From contig JAUIIP010000002.1 of assembly GCA_030431555.1 (NCBI GenBank), forward strand, positions 1-60,098: a DNA stretch of 60,098 bases, given 5' to 3'. The stretch is from a bacterium. GTDB taxonomy: Bacteria; Bdellovibrionota_C; UBA2361; SZUA-149; JAGRAN01. Of this stretch, positions 26,124 through 34,633 are shown one piece after another. The position numbers and the translations under genes were made by a program. Every line of letters starts with the position of its first letter. The first letter of the stretch is position 1. The notes under the pieces are model-generated. The model was not told the origin of the DNA. It ran no database searches and saw only the letters and a list, made by a program, of their open reading frames with translations.

Positions 26124-28220
26124 ATGAACGAAGACACCGCCGGAAGAGAGTCTTACGGTCCGATTGGCTGGCTGTTTGCGCTCACAGTATTTGTTAGCGC
26201 GTTTTTACTGTTTCAAGTTCAGCCGATGATGGCGAAGTTCATACTCCCCTGGTTTGGAGGAACTCCGTCAGTTTGGAGCACTTGCTTGCTGTTTTTCCAA
26301 ACTTTTCTTTTAGCTGGCTACGCTTATGCCCATCTACTGAACAGGAATTTATCACCACAGTATCAAGCCCTCGTTCATATTGGAGTGTTGGCCCTTACTG
26401 CCTGTTTCTTGAATATAATCCCCGGCGAAGAACTCAAACCACCAGGCCCCGACGACCCGGCTTTAAGGATTCTTCAACTGCTGATGTTCACGGTAGGTCT
26501 GCCGTATTTTGTACTCGCAACTACTGGACCCTTAATTCAAGCCTGGTTCAGTATGCGCTTCCCGACGCTGTCTCCCTATCGCCTGTACTCTCTCTCCAAT
26601 ATAGGTTCGCTCCTCGCACTGCTCAGCTATCCCATTTTGTTTGAGCCGAAGCTCTCAGCTCTGGAACAAAGTTCTTTTTGGACACTGGGCTACGGGCTGT
26701 ACCTGGCTGCCGGCTGCCTCTGCGCAATAGTTGTATTTCGCCTGCCTCGCGAAACACAGTCACCCGAGTCGGCTATGGATGAGATTAGCGTTGGGCCTCC
26801 CCCACCACATTTCGGATACTGGCTGCTATGGTTTTCCCTTGCAGCATGCGGCTCAACGCTGCTGTTAGCCATAACTAATCACGTTTGCCAGGATGTCGCA
26901 GTGATTCCTTTCTTATGGATAGTTCCGCTCAGTCTTTACCTTCTGACATTTATCTTCTGCTTCGAGAGCGACTTTTGGTATCGCCGAAGAATCTATCTTC
27001 CCGCCCTGGCATTGTTGATGCTGCTAATTTGCGATTACGAAATTACCGGCCCCTCGTCACATATTCTCGTAGCACTGGGAGTCTCCTTCCTAACACTTTT
27101 TACTGCGTGCATGGTCTGCCACGGTGAGCTGGCTAGAATTAAACCTCACCCAAAATACCTAACTTTGTTCTACCTGATGATTTCTGCCGGAGGCGCCTTC
27201 GGCGGCCTGTTCGTTAGCATCATCTCGCCAATAATCTTTCCGGCATTTTTCGAACTACACTTCGGGCTGCTTAGCTGCGCCGCACTGGTATCGGTCGTGC
27301 TTTACGTCGATCCCGAATCTACTATTTCCGGCGGGAAGCCGAAAAGAGCGTGGGCGGGCTTAGGCCTTGCGTTCGCAGCGCTGACGGCTGCTCTCGGTGT
27401 TAACGCAAATCGTATGGCTAGCGGCGCACTTGAGCAGTCGCGAAATTTTTACGGCATCCTTAGAGCGGTTGAGGTGGATGCCGATGATCCCGACCTGCAC
27501 CGCATTGCCCAATACCATGGCCGCATACAGCACGGTTTCCAGTTTTTGAAGCCCGAAAAGCGGATGATGGCAACGGCGTATTACCGAAGCGGAAGCGGCG
27601 GGAACGATGCTTTTAAAATAGCGCTCCGAGACGAACCCAAGCGCGTGGGTCTGATTGGAATGGGCACTGGAACGATGGCTGTCTTCGGTCGCCCTGGAGA
27701 CACTCTGCGCTTTTACGAAATCAATCCGCAGGTAGTCGATCAAGCGAAGCGCCTGTTCACTTATTTGGATAATAGTGCAGCGAATATCGAAATCATTTTA
27801 GGAGATGCGCGCTTGTCGCTTGAGAGAGAAGCCAGCCAAAATTACGATTTGTTCGTTATCGATGCATTTAGCGGCGACGCAATCCCCGCGCACCTGCTGA
27901 CCCAAGAGGCGTTTGCGATTTATCTGCGCCATCTTTCGGACGACGGTCTCATCGCAATCCACATTACCAATCACCACCTTGATCTGCGACCGGTAATCAG
28001 CCAAGCCGCTGAGCTGTATGGCCTGGAAACGGCGGTGAAGTATCTGGACAAAGGCGAAGGCGGACTAGAGCCGGAAACCAATTGGATGCTGCTAAGCCGC
28101 GAGGGATCGAAATTGGAGATAAGCACCTCGGACAATTCCCGCCTCGATCGCAATCAAGACTACGGTGAAATCCGGCTCTGGACCGACAATTTTAGTAATT
28201 TATTTCAAATTTTGAAGTAA
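26124..28220 (+). CDS. Membrane-fused spermidine-synthase-like (class I SAM/dcSAM-dependent transferase) protein
   Basis: About 400 aa of polytopic N-terminus. The C-terminal fold shows GLIGMGTGT, FYEINPQVV and DLFVIDAFSGDAIPAHLLTQEAF. The start is 1 nt after the upstream stop. Confidence 0.7.
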   Translation: MNEDTAGRESYGPIGWLFALTVFVSAFLLFQVQPMMAKFILPWFGGTPSVWSTCLLFFQTFLLAGYAYAHLLNRNLSPQYQALVHIGVLALTACFLNIIPGEELKPPGPDDPALRILQLLMFTVGLPYFVLATTGPLIQAWFSMRFPTLSPYRLYSLSNIGSLLALLSYPILFEPKLSALEQSSFWTLGYGLYLAAGCLCAIVVFRLPRETQSPESAMDEISVGPPPPHFGYWLLWFSLAACGSTLLLAITNHVCQDVAVIPFLWIVPLSLYLLTFIFCFESDFWYRRRIYLPALALLMLLICDYEITGPSSHILVALGVSFLTLFTACMVCHGELARIKPHPKYLTLFYLMISAGGAFGGLFVSIISPIIFPAFFELHFGLLSCAALVSVVLYVDPESTISGGKPKRAWAGLGLAFAALTAALGVNANRMASGALEQSRNFYGILRAVEVDADDPDLHRIAQYHGRIQHGFQFLKPEKRMMATAYYRSGSGGNDAFKIALRDEPKRVGLIGMGTGTMAVFGRPGDTLRFYEINPQVVDQAKRLFTYLDNSAANIEIILGDARLSLEREASQNYDLFVIDAFSGDAIPAHLLTQEAFAIYLRHLSDDGLIAIHITNHHLDLRPVISQAAELYGLETAVKYLDKGEGGLEPETNWMLLSREGSKLEISTSDNSRLDRNQDYGEIRLWTDNFSNLFQILK

Positions 28221-28327
28221 TTAGCTGTTTATCCGCCTTCGACTGGCGTAAGTACCAGCAAACGGCTATAATCCGCATCAGAAAAATGCGGGTTTACACG
28301 CAGCTTGAGAAATGGAGCTTGAATACA

Positions 28328-28726
28328 ATGAACACCTTTTCCCCTTTAGCTCGATTCACATTGTCCAAAGCGCGATACGCTGCTGCATGCCTTGAGGCGT
28401 ATCGACCGACTATTGCATCAGCTGCGCTGATCGCCTTTGGAATCATTTTGTTAGCTGCAGCTGGAGCAGACTTTTCACTTGCTCAATTATCCAATACTCC
28501 GGGCTCCGGAGTAGCTGCCGGCGACGACCGGATTTACGATATGGGCAGCCGGATGTTCGAGTTAATCGAAGGCAACTTAGGCTCGCTGGTCATGATCGTG
28601 GCAGGTTTGCTGGCGATTATAGCGGCCGCGCTCGGAAGCTATCGGGCAGCGACAAGCTTGCTGGTCGTTGCAGTCGGTGCATTTATCCTGCGTTCGCTAG
28701 TCGTAATTTTCTTTGATTTTAAATAG
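28328..28726 (+). CDS. VirB2/TrbC/TraA-like T4SS pilin precursor (paralog 2)
   Basis: Start moved to the ATG at 28328 (GGAG 10 nt upstream). The leader ends FSLA|QLSN. By my hand alignment, about 63 of 80 residues of the mature part match paralog 1, including PGSGVAAGDDRIY and LLVVAVGAFILRSLV. Confidence 0.55.
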   Translation: MNTFSPLARFTLSKARYAAACLEAYRPTIASAALIAFGIILLAAAGADFSLAQLSNTPGSGVAAGDDRIYDMGSRMFELIEGNLGSLVMIVAGLLAIIAAALGSYRAATSLLVVAVGAFILRSLVVIFFDFK

Positions 28727-28741
28727 ACGACGTTTAGCTGC

Positions 28742-29710
28742 TTAGAACGAATAATTCGTTAGCACTTCGCGTATTTCGCTGGCGGTGTCACCTGGACGAC
28801 CTTCGAAAGGACTGCCGGTGATCTTCTCGCAGGCTTCTATGTAGCGCAGCGCTGTATCAACACGAAACTCATCACTAAGCACCGGCGGCTCTCCGTCACC
28901 CATGTAGTCGTATTTCTCCATGAGGTGACGTCGCACAAACTCTTTGTCCAGCATATGTGGATCTTCACCTGCGGAAAAGCGCTCTTCATAGGTGTCAGCA
29001 ATCCAGTAGCGAGATGAATCCTGAGTATGAATCTCATCAGCGAGAACAATGAATCGCTCACCGTTCTCATTTACGCTCGTGCCAAACTCGTACTTCGTAT
29101 CGACCAGAATCAAACCGCGCTCAGCCGCTTTCTTTGTACCAAACTCGAACAGCTTCAGCGCGGCGTCCCTGACCTGGTTCCAAAGTTGGGGATCTACTAA
29201 ATCGGATTGAAGAATTGCCTCTTCCGAAATAGGCATATCATGCTCACCCTGCTCAGCTTTGGTCGAAGGAGTGAGCAGAGGTGAATCGAATCTTTGAGAT
29301 TTCTTAAGCCCCTCGGGCAGCGAAATTCCTGAAACAGCGTTGCCTTTTTGATAATCCCGCCAAGCACTTCCGGTCAGATACCCGCGCACCACTACTTCGA
29401 TTGGAATAATGTCGACCTGTCTTGCGATAAATACGTTCGGATGAGGAACATCAATTATGTGGTTCTGGATAATATGCTTAGTTTCTTCGAACCAGTGCGC
29501 AGTCATTGCGTTTAGCAACTGCCCCTTGAACGGAATAGTGGTCAGAATTTTATCAAAAGCGCTAAGGCGATCGCTCGTGATGAGAACACGCTTCGCACCC
29601 ACCACATAGCTATCCCTCACCTTGCCGGAAATCTTGTCTCCAAGATCGGGAATGTCGATTTCAGAAAGGGTATGAGCGAGCTGCTGCGTGACTATTTCTC
29701 TACTAAGCAT
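28742..29710 (-). CDS. purC: Phosphoribosylaminoimidazole-succinocarboxamide (SAICAR) synthase, long form
   Basis: GKVRDSY, ITSDRLSAFD, VVVRGYLTGS and LILVDTKYEFG motifs. Confidence 0.9.
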   Translation of the reverse strand: MLSREIVTQQLAHTLSEIDIPDLGDKISGKVRDSYVVGAKRVLITSDRLSAFDKILTTIPFKGQLLNAMTAHWFEETKHIIQNHIIDVPHPNVFIARQVDIIPIEVVVRGYLTGSAWRDYQKGNAVSGISLPEGLKKSQRFDSPLLTPSTKAEQGEHDMPISEEAILQSDLVDPQLWNQVRDAALKLFEFGTKKAAERGLILVDTKYEFGTSVNENGERFIVLADEIHTQDSSRYWIADTYEERFSAGEDPHMLDKEFVRRHLMEKYDYMGDGEPPVLSDEFRVDTALRYIEACEKITGSPFEGRPGDTASEIREVLTNYSF

Positions 29711-29785
29711 ATCGTCGATCTCCGAAGCAAAGGCCGGTTATTACCTCATGCTTGCTCTGTTTTCAAGACCAGACTAAGGGAGTAC

Positions 29786-29815
29786 AAAAAAACCCCGGAG
29801 CTGCGGACTCCGGGG
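29786..29815 (-). terminator. Rho-independent terminator of the ECF sigma gene
   Basis: On the minus strand: CCCCGGAG-TCCGCAG-CTCCGGGG followed by TTTTTTT. Confidence 0.8.
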
Positions 29816-29854
29816 TTAAGTATGTGAACCAATATTGCGAGGAATGTGAACTTT

Positions 29855-30496
29855 TTAGGCAGCTTGCTTCATTACCGAGGGACCGACAGAGATAATCTTC
29901 TCGTCGCTTCTGTAGTCCTCATAGAAGCGGCTCAGGCGCTTTCGCAGCATCAACCTTGAGCGGTGCAAGCGCGACTTCACGGCCGGAATGCTCAAATTAA
30001 GCAGCTCACCAACTTCTTTGTTGGAAAGACCGTCAATATCACGCAGCACAAATACAGCTCGGTATTCTTCCGGCAGCCGGCGAATCGCATCTTCGATTGT
30101 CCCCCGCATTTCATTGCAGAGAGCGCGCGAATCACACTTGTCCCTGAAACTAGCAGTCTGCGACAAAGCCTGATTCTCGAGCTGCGGAAGCATTTCATCG
30201 ATCGAAATCGCTTGGTGCTTTTTGCGCTTGCGCAGCTTCATAAACGCTGCATTAACGGTTATTCTGTATAACCAGCTTGAAAACTTTGACTTACCTTCAA
30301 AACTTTCGATTTTTCGGTAAACTGTCACGAAGACATCCTGAAGAACTTCCTCCGCATCCAACTCGTTGCGAGTCAAGCGCAACGCCAAGTTGTAAGCCTT
30401 GGTCTCGTACCTCGAAATAAGCTCTTCAAAACTCTCCTCACAGCCACCCGTAAATCGCTCTATAAGAACTGCATCCGTAACCGTCTCTGAGCGCAT
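29855..30496 (-). CDS. ECF-type RNA polymerase sigma-70 family factor
   Basis: Region 2 (LQDVFVTVYRKIESFEGKSKFSSWLYRITVNAA) and region 4 (VFVLRDIDGLSNKEVGELLNLSIPAVKSRLHRSR). AGGAGG SD. No adjacent anti-sigma gene. Confidence 0.85.
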   Translation of the reverse strand: MRSETVTDAVLIERFTGGCEESFEELISRYETKAYNLALRLTRNELDAEEVLQDVFVTVYRKIESFEGKSKFSSWLYRITVNAAFMKLRKRKKHQAISIDEMLPQLENQALSQTASFRDKCDSRALCNEMRGTIEDAIRRLPEEYRAVFVLRDIDGLSNKEVGELLNLSIPAVKSRLHRSRLMLRKRLSRFYEDYRSDEKIISVGPSVMKQAA

Positions 30497-30752
30497 AGCA
30501 CCTCCTGCGAAGTGAATCCCAAAATCCCCAAGAACCTTGAATCAAATCAAGTTGAATCCGAGTCTAGCCCAGGGCATTAGGGTAGATGTCACGGAATTGT
30601 AAAATTCGCGCCGCAGCTTTGTAATTTGTTGAAGTATCAGCACTAAGCCGGACGTGGGCCTAATCAGACCATAATAGTCGGGATTGCCGCTCATAGGCCA
30701 TAGCTCCAGGATATCTTTGAGAATTCCCGAACTTAGCGAGAGCCGACCAGGA

Positions 30753-31361
30753 TTAAAAACTTCCTACAAACTGCTTTAGGACCTCAGCCGTGCGCTGCGC
30801 CGCATTTACGTGGTTGTTCCTCCACTGCTGGCCTGAGCCAGGACCCACATAATTGGTGACCGCACACAAGGCGCCCCAGGCCACTCCCGAGCGCTTGCAG
30901 GCTTTAGCAAGTCCAAACAACTCTAGATTTTCAACTCCCGCACCGCTGAACTCAGACAAAGCCTGCGCCGCATCACGGTCATCAGCTATAGAAATTGTGC
31001 TGCTGGCAACCGCTTCCTCATCAGCAAGCGCGCTCAGTTTGGCTCTAAGACTTGGATCCGCATCTATCGTTTCCTCCGACGCAGCTGGTATATGCCCCCT
31101 AGACGTCGCCGCTAAATAATCCGCTTGGCATACCGCGTTTACACAGACACAGCTGCACAAAGGAAAATAGTCGCTGTAGCTTCCACAACTCCCAACGAAC
31201 AGCAGCTGAACGTCGGAAGAATCTTTCAGCCGGTTTGAAACACTGATCGCAGCGTTAACCAAGCCCACGCCTGTGAGCAAAAATTCTACGTCAGCGCGCT
31301 CAGCAAAAAGACGACGTAGCGCCTCAAGCTCCGGCTCAAATGCTCCCGCTATCAATAACAT
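30753..31361 (-). CDS. PNP_UDP_1-family nucleosidase, futalosine hydrolase (MqnB)/MTA nucleosidase-like
   Basis: 202 aa. LTGVGLVNAA, FVGSCGSY and GVENLELFGLAKAC fit the nucleoside phosphorylase/hydrolase fold. The specific substrate is not determinable. Confidence 0.5.
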   Translation of the reverse strand: MLLIAGAFEPELEALRRLFAERADVEFLLTGVGLVNAAISVSNRLKDSSDVQLLFVGSCGSYSDYFPLCSCVCVNAVCQADYLAATSRGHIPAASEETIDADPSLRAKLSALADEEAVASSTISIADDRDAAQALSEFSGAGVENLELFGLAKACKRSGVAWGALCAVTNYVGPGSGQQWRNNHVNAAQRTAEVLKQFVGSF

Positions 31362-33051
31362 TCTGTCCGTCCTTATCTTTGGCCTTCACAACCAATAGTG
31401 AATAATTCTTCCCTGCAAAGACCGCTTCATTGAGGCCTAAAGCGGGAAGCAGGTGGTTACTAATCAATAGAAAATCCGCCTGCTGCTGCCGAGCAAACTC
31501 CAGCTGCCCGGCCACGCCTTTACGGTTCCAAGCAGTCTTGATCTTTTCTCTAAACGCGCAATCCGAAGAAAAATCAAATTCTATTTCTAGAAAGTCGCGC
31601 AGTTTATTTAAATAATCTATGTATTGCCGAGCGAACTTGACATCGTAGCCGATCTCCACGCCATCGGAGACTTTCAACGTGGTCGAACGCTGCGCCAGCA
31701 ATCTAAATGAAACCTGGTCATCCGTATTGCAGTAGTCCAGGTTACTAACCGGTGGAATCATTACCAGCGCCGAATGCTCAAGGTTTTGCTTCGCGTAATC
31801 CGCAGCGTCTTTCCAGCGAGAGTAGTTGGTTCTGAGAGGAGAGGCTGAATATACTGCGTTCGTCTGGTCGATCCCGAACAGCACCAAGGCCGCGGCAATG
31901 TACCTGAGCGGGGCCTTGCTGGGGCGAAGAAAATTAAGCACGGCAGCAAACACCACTAAAAAGTGATAAGAGAGAAACGCCGCTAGCGCACAGAATTTCT
32001 CCAAGCGCTTTCGCTCCCCCCACACGGACTCAAGTAAAAATCCAATTCCTACTGTGGTCAGCATAGCTGCAATAACCGCAGCGCGAAGCAATTGCAGCCT
32101 GAGCGCAAGCTCGAGTTTCGCGTAAAACAGCAGCATGCCTACACTCGCGTAAAACAGGAAGACGGTTAGCAGGCGGGTGTATTGCCGCTGCACATCTGAA
32201 AACGCGGCTCTGCGAATCCACAAGAGAAAAACAATAAGAGCACAGCCGAGCCAGCTCCCTATGAAGAACACCTTCTCCCAGGTAACTGGATAGAAACTAA
32301 AAATTGAGTCAAAGTTTATAAGAAAATATTTGACCCAATCGATCTCAGCCGAAGGCGCTAATAATGAGCTCACCACACCGCTTCTGAAGTAGGCATACAG
32401 CAACGGACTACAAAGTAAGGTCATTAACGCAAGGTAAGCCGACGTCTTCTTCCACCCGAACTCAATCAGCATAAACAGACCCAAGGGAGCACAAAAGTAA
32501 TAAAGAAGCGGCGGGTAGAGCAGCGCGGAAACCGAAACAGCTGTTATTGCAAGCCAGCGTTTCTCTTTAAAGAGCAGCCAGAGCCCCAGGAAGCACAAGG
32601 CATATGAAATTTGCCGGTGCGAAAACGAGTACTCGAATAGGACCATCCGGCCCGCGGTAGCCTTTGACCAACCTAAAAACAAGATTGGCACAAATCTAAG
32701 CCACATCGATTTGATAAATAGACTTGAACAGACATAAACGCTGCAAAACAGCAGAACCCAAGTCACGAGCGTAATGTTCTTCATCACGTCTCCGTCAAGC
32801 CAAACGTCGGGAAGAGCAGGGGCAAACAGCCAGAAAAAATCGAAATGGGTATGGCGCAGCTCAGCAAACACATCGCGGGCGAACTGCTCGGGGTTCAGAC
32901 GTGCGTACAAAAATGTCGTGTAGATTATTAAATCCTGCCGCGGATAACTGTAGCCCGCTGTAAGCGCCTTTAAAATGGAAATTACTGTGATAATTACCGG
33001 TGGGAACAGCCACGCTTTGGCAGCTTCCTCTCTGGATTCTCTATCTTGCAT
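31336..33051 (-). CDS. Polytopic membrane protein with a C-terminal soluble domain (function unknown; polymerase/GT-C-like topology)
   Basis: 571 aa, at least 10 hydrophobic helices, then a ~170-aa hydrophilic C-terminus. Confidence 0.6.
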   Translation of the reverse strand: MQDRESREEAAKAWLFPPVIITVISILKALTAGYSYPRQDLIIYTTFLYARLNPEQFARDVFAELRHTHFDFFWLFAPALPDVWLDGDVMKNITLVTWVLLFCSVYVCSSLFIKSMWLRFVPILFLGWSKATAGRMVLFEYSFSHRQISYALCFLGLWLLFKEKRWLAITAVSVSALLYPPLLYYFCAPLGLFMLIEFGWKKTSAYLALMTLLCSPLLYAYFRSGVVSSLLAPSAEIDWVKYFLINFDSIFSFYPVTWEKVFFIGSWLGCALIVFLLWIRRAAFSDVQRQYTRLLTVFLFYASVGMLLFYAKLELALRLQLLRAAVIAAMLTTVGIGFLLESVWGERKRLEKFCALAAFLSYHFLVVFAAVLNFLRPSKAPLRYIAAALVLFGIDQTNAVYSASPLRTNYSRWKDAADYAKQNLEHSALVMIPPVSNLDYCNTDDQVSFRLLAQRSTTLKVSDGVEIGYDVKFARQYIDYLNKLRDFLEIEFDFSSDCAFREKIKTAWNRKGVAGQLEFARQQQADFLLISNHLLPALGLNEAVFAGKNYSLLVVKAKDKDGQNVIDSGSI

Positions 33052-33271
33052 CTCAGGCCCTAAACGTTACCGTCAGAGGTTAGATGGGATTTTAACTGCT
33101 GTCACCACCTTCATAGACGCCGATACGTATTCAACCGCCGTACAGGCGCTTACTCCAGCCGACCCAGCCGATGTAACAAAGAATAACAAGTAGAAGAAAA
33201 GGTTGAGTACGGGACCCCGTAACCAGCTTCACCCGAGGGCGACGCTGAACACGGCGAACCGTTCCCAACCT

Positions 33272-33310
33272 GCCCGGGGGTGATAACCTCCAAAATATCA
33301 CACCCCGGGC
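33272..33310 (-). terminator. GC-rich hairpin downstream of the island gene (possible terminator, no U-tract)
   Basis: GCCCGGGG ... CCCCGGGC is a perfect 8-bp stem with imperfect extension, 14 nt after the stop codon on the minus strand. Confidence 0.4.
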
Positions 33311-33323
33311 TGAGCCGAATCGA

Positions 33324-34247
33324 CTACTCGCGAATGAAGTAGCGGACTCCGGAGAAGTCCGTCGGCTCGGTTCCGCTTCCGGCGAAGCGAGCGATGACAC
33401 CGTAGGTGGGCTCTGTCCACTCGGGCCAGAGCACATCCTTCAGGTACTCGCGCCAAGTGAACGGCTTACCGTCACCCGCATGCGTGTAGAACGCGCCGCG
33501 GGCAGCGAGCTGCTCCTTGGTCATCGGCGAGCGGTAGTACGGATCCCACTTGTAGATCGCGACGAACTCGAACTTCCCGTAGTCGTTGTACAACGACGGG
33601 CTCGAAGTCCGCAGCGCATACACGGTGACACCGTTGACGAACGGGAAGTCGAGGATGAGCCGCTCGTCGTGATAGGACCAGAACTGGTCCATCAGACGAT
33701 TGTACTCCGCCAGATCTCCCGCCGCCTGCGCGTCCTCAGCCTCGGCCTTCGCCTTGTTGGCCAGTTCACGCAGCCGCTCGTGCTCGTTCCACCACCGGAC
33801 CGCAGCCGCCACATCGCCCTGGGAGAGGGTGACCTCGCCGCCCGGATTCATCATCCCGTGCAGCCGATCGACCTGCTCCTCAGTGGCCTTGCCGTAGTCG
33901 ATGTGGACATTGCCGCCGGCCTGAATGATCGTCCCGCTGCCCGTGTTGACCGCAGAGAACCCGCCCGAAGGCGTGTTGACCGTGGCCGTGGGGGCACCGG
34001 GGCGCGTGGCCGGATCCGCCGAAGTGCCGGTGGAAGCCGGGTCGGCGGAAGTCGAGGTGGAGGTGGAGCCGGAGGTCGCCGTCGAACCCGAAGGATCGGA
34101 CGACGACGAACCGAAGGGGATCGCTTCCGGCGGCTCGTACCCAGAGCTTCCTCCGAAGCGCCAGGTGAGCGCCATGGCGACGATGACCGCGATCAGCATG
34201 AAGATGATGGCGGTCGCCAACTTGTTCGTACGCATCCAGTTACGCAT
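33324..34247 (-). CDS. Membrane-anchored protein of unknown function with a Ser/Thr/Pro-rich linker and a ~200-aa C-terminal domain; actinobacterial-style codon usage
   Basis: The ATG at 34247 has AGGAAGG 7 nt upstream; the ORF track's GTG at 34286 is an alternative. TM LATAIIFMLIAVIVAMAL, linker SSSSDPSGSTATSGSTSTSTSADPASTGTSADPATRPGAP, and a C-terminal domain without any motif I recognise. Confidence 0.7.
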   Translation of the reverse strand: MRNWMRTNKLATAIIFMLIAVIVAMALTWRFGGSSGYEPPEAIPFGSSSSDPSGSTATSGSTSTSTSADPASTGTSADPATRPGAPTATVNTPSGGFSAVNTGSGTIIQAGGNVHIDYGKATEEQVDRLHGMMNPGGEVTLSQGDVAAAVRWWNEHERLRELANKAKAEAEDAQAAGDLAEYNRLMDQFWSYHDERLILDFPFVNGVTVYALRTSSPSLYNDYGKFEFVAIYKWDPYYRSPMTKEQLAARGAFYTHAGDGKPFTWREYLKDVLWPEWTEPTYGVIARFAGSGTEPTDFSGVRYFIRE

Positions 34248-34633
34248 TACATTGCCTTCCTGTCCGTTGTGGACGGTTGTGGACACCGAGACGCCGGCAA
34301 AAGCGCGTCGGCAGTTGATTGGGAGCGTCAGACTCTTGCCTAACTACTACTCCCTGGGAGCTGCCGAACTTGGTGTCCGACGAACAGGCTCCCTCCTGGT
34401 GTGAAAATTGAATAGAACCCTATTACGTGCGAGCACATAATGGGGCCCCGCTACTCATATGGCTTGGTTTACTAACCAAGAAATCAAAGATCCGCCGGGC
34501 GCTAGAGGCACCTCTGGCGATACACGCAGCCGTGCATATCACTGTTATGGAGCTTTGGTGAGATTTAGTGATGGATATTTGCGCCGAGTGCCGAATGATT
34601 ATTCTAGCGTTCGCAAATTGGCTTCCTCTGCAC

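Larger units (their letters stand above)
33195..34455. other. High-GC compositional island carrying one gene
   Basis: Five hand-counted 60-nt samples inside gave 33, 40, 43, 48 and 39 G+C. Samples in the flanking genes gave 29 and 29. Codon third positions are almost all G/C. Long antisense ORFs are typical of high-GC DNA. Confidence 0.8.

Noticed and set aside
28286-28327. ORF-track ATG at 28286 for pilin paralog 2
   Set aside because: This ATG lies inside the right arm of a hairpin and has no SD. The ATG at 28328 has GGAG 10 nt upstream and gives a length comparable to paralog 1.
33480-34404. Long plus-strand ORFs (287 aa and 159 aa) opposite the island gene
   Set aside because: They are Arg/Gly/Pro-rich, low-complexity translations typical of the antisense strand of high-GC genes. 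The minus-strand frame has an SD, a TM anchor and a sensible domain layout.
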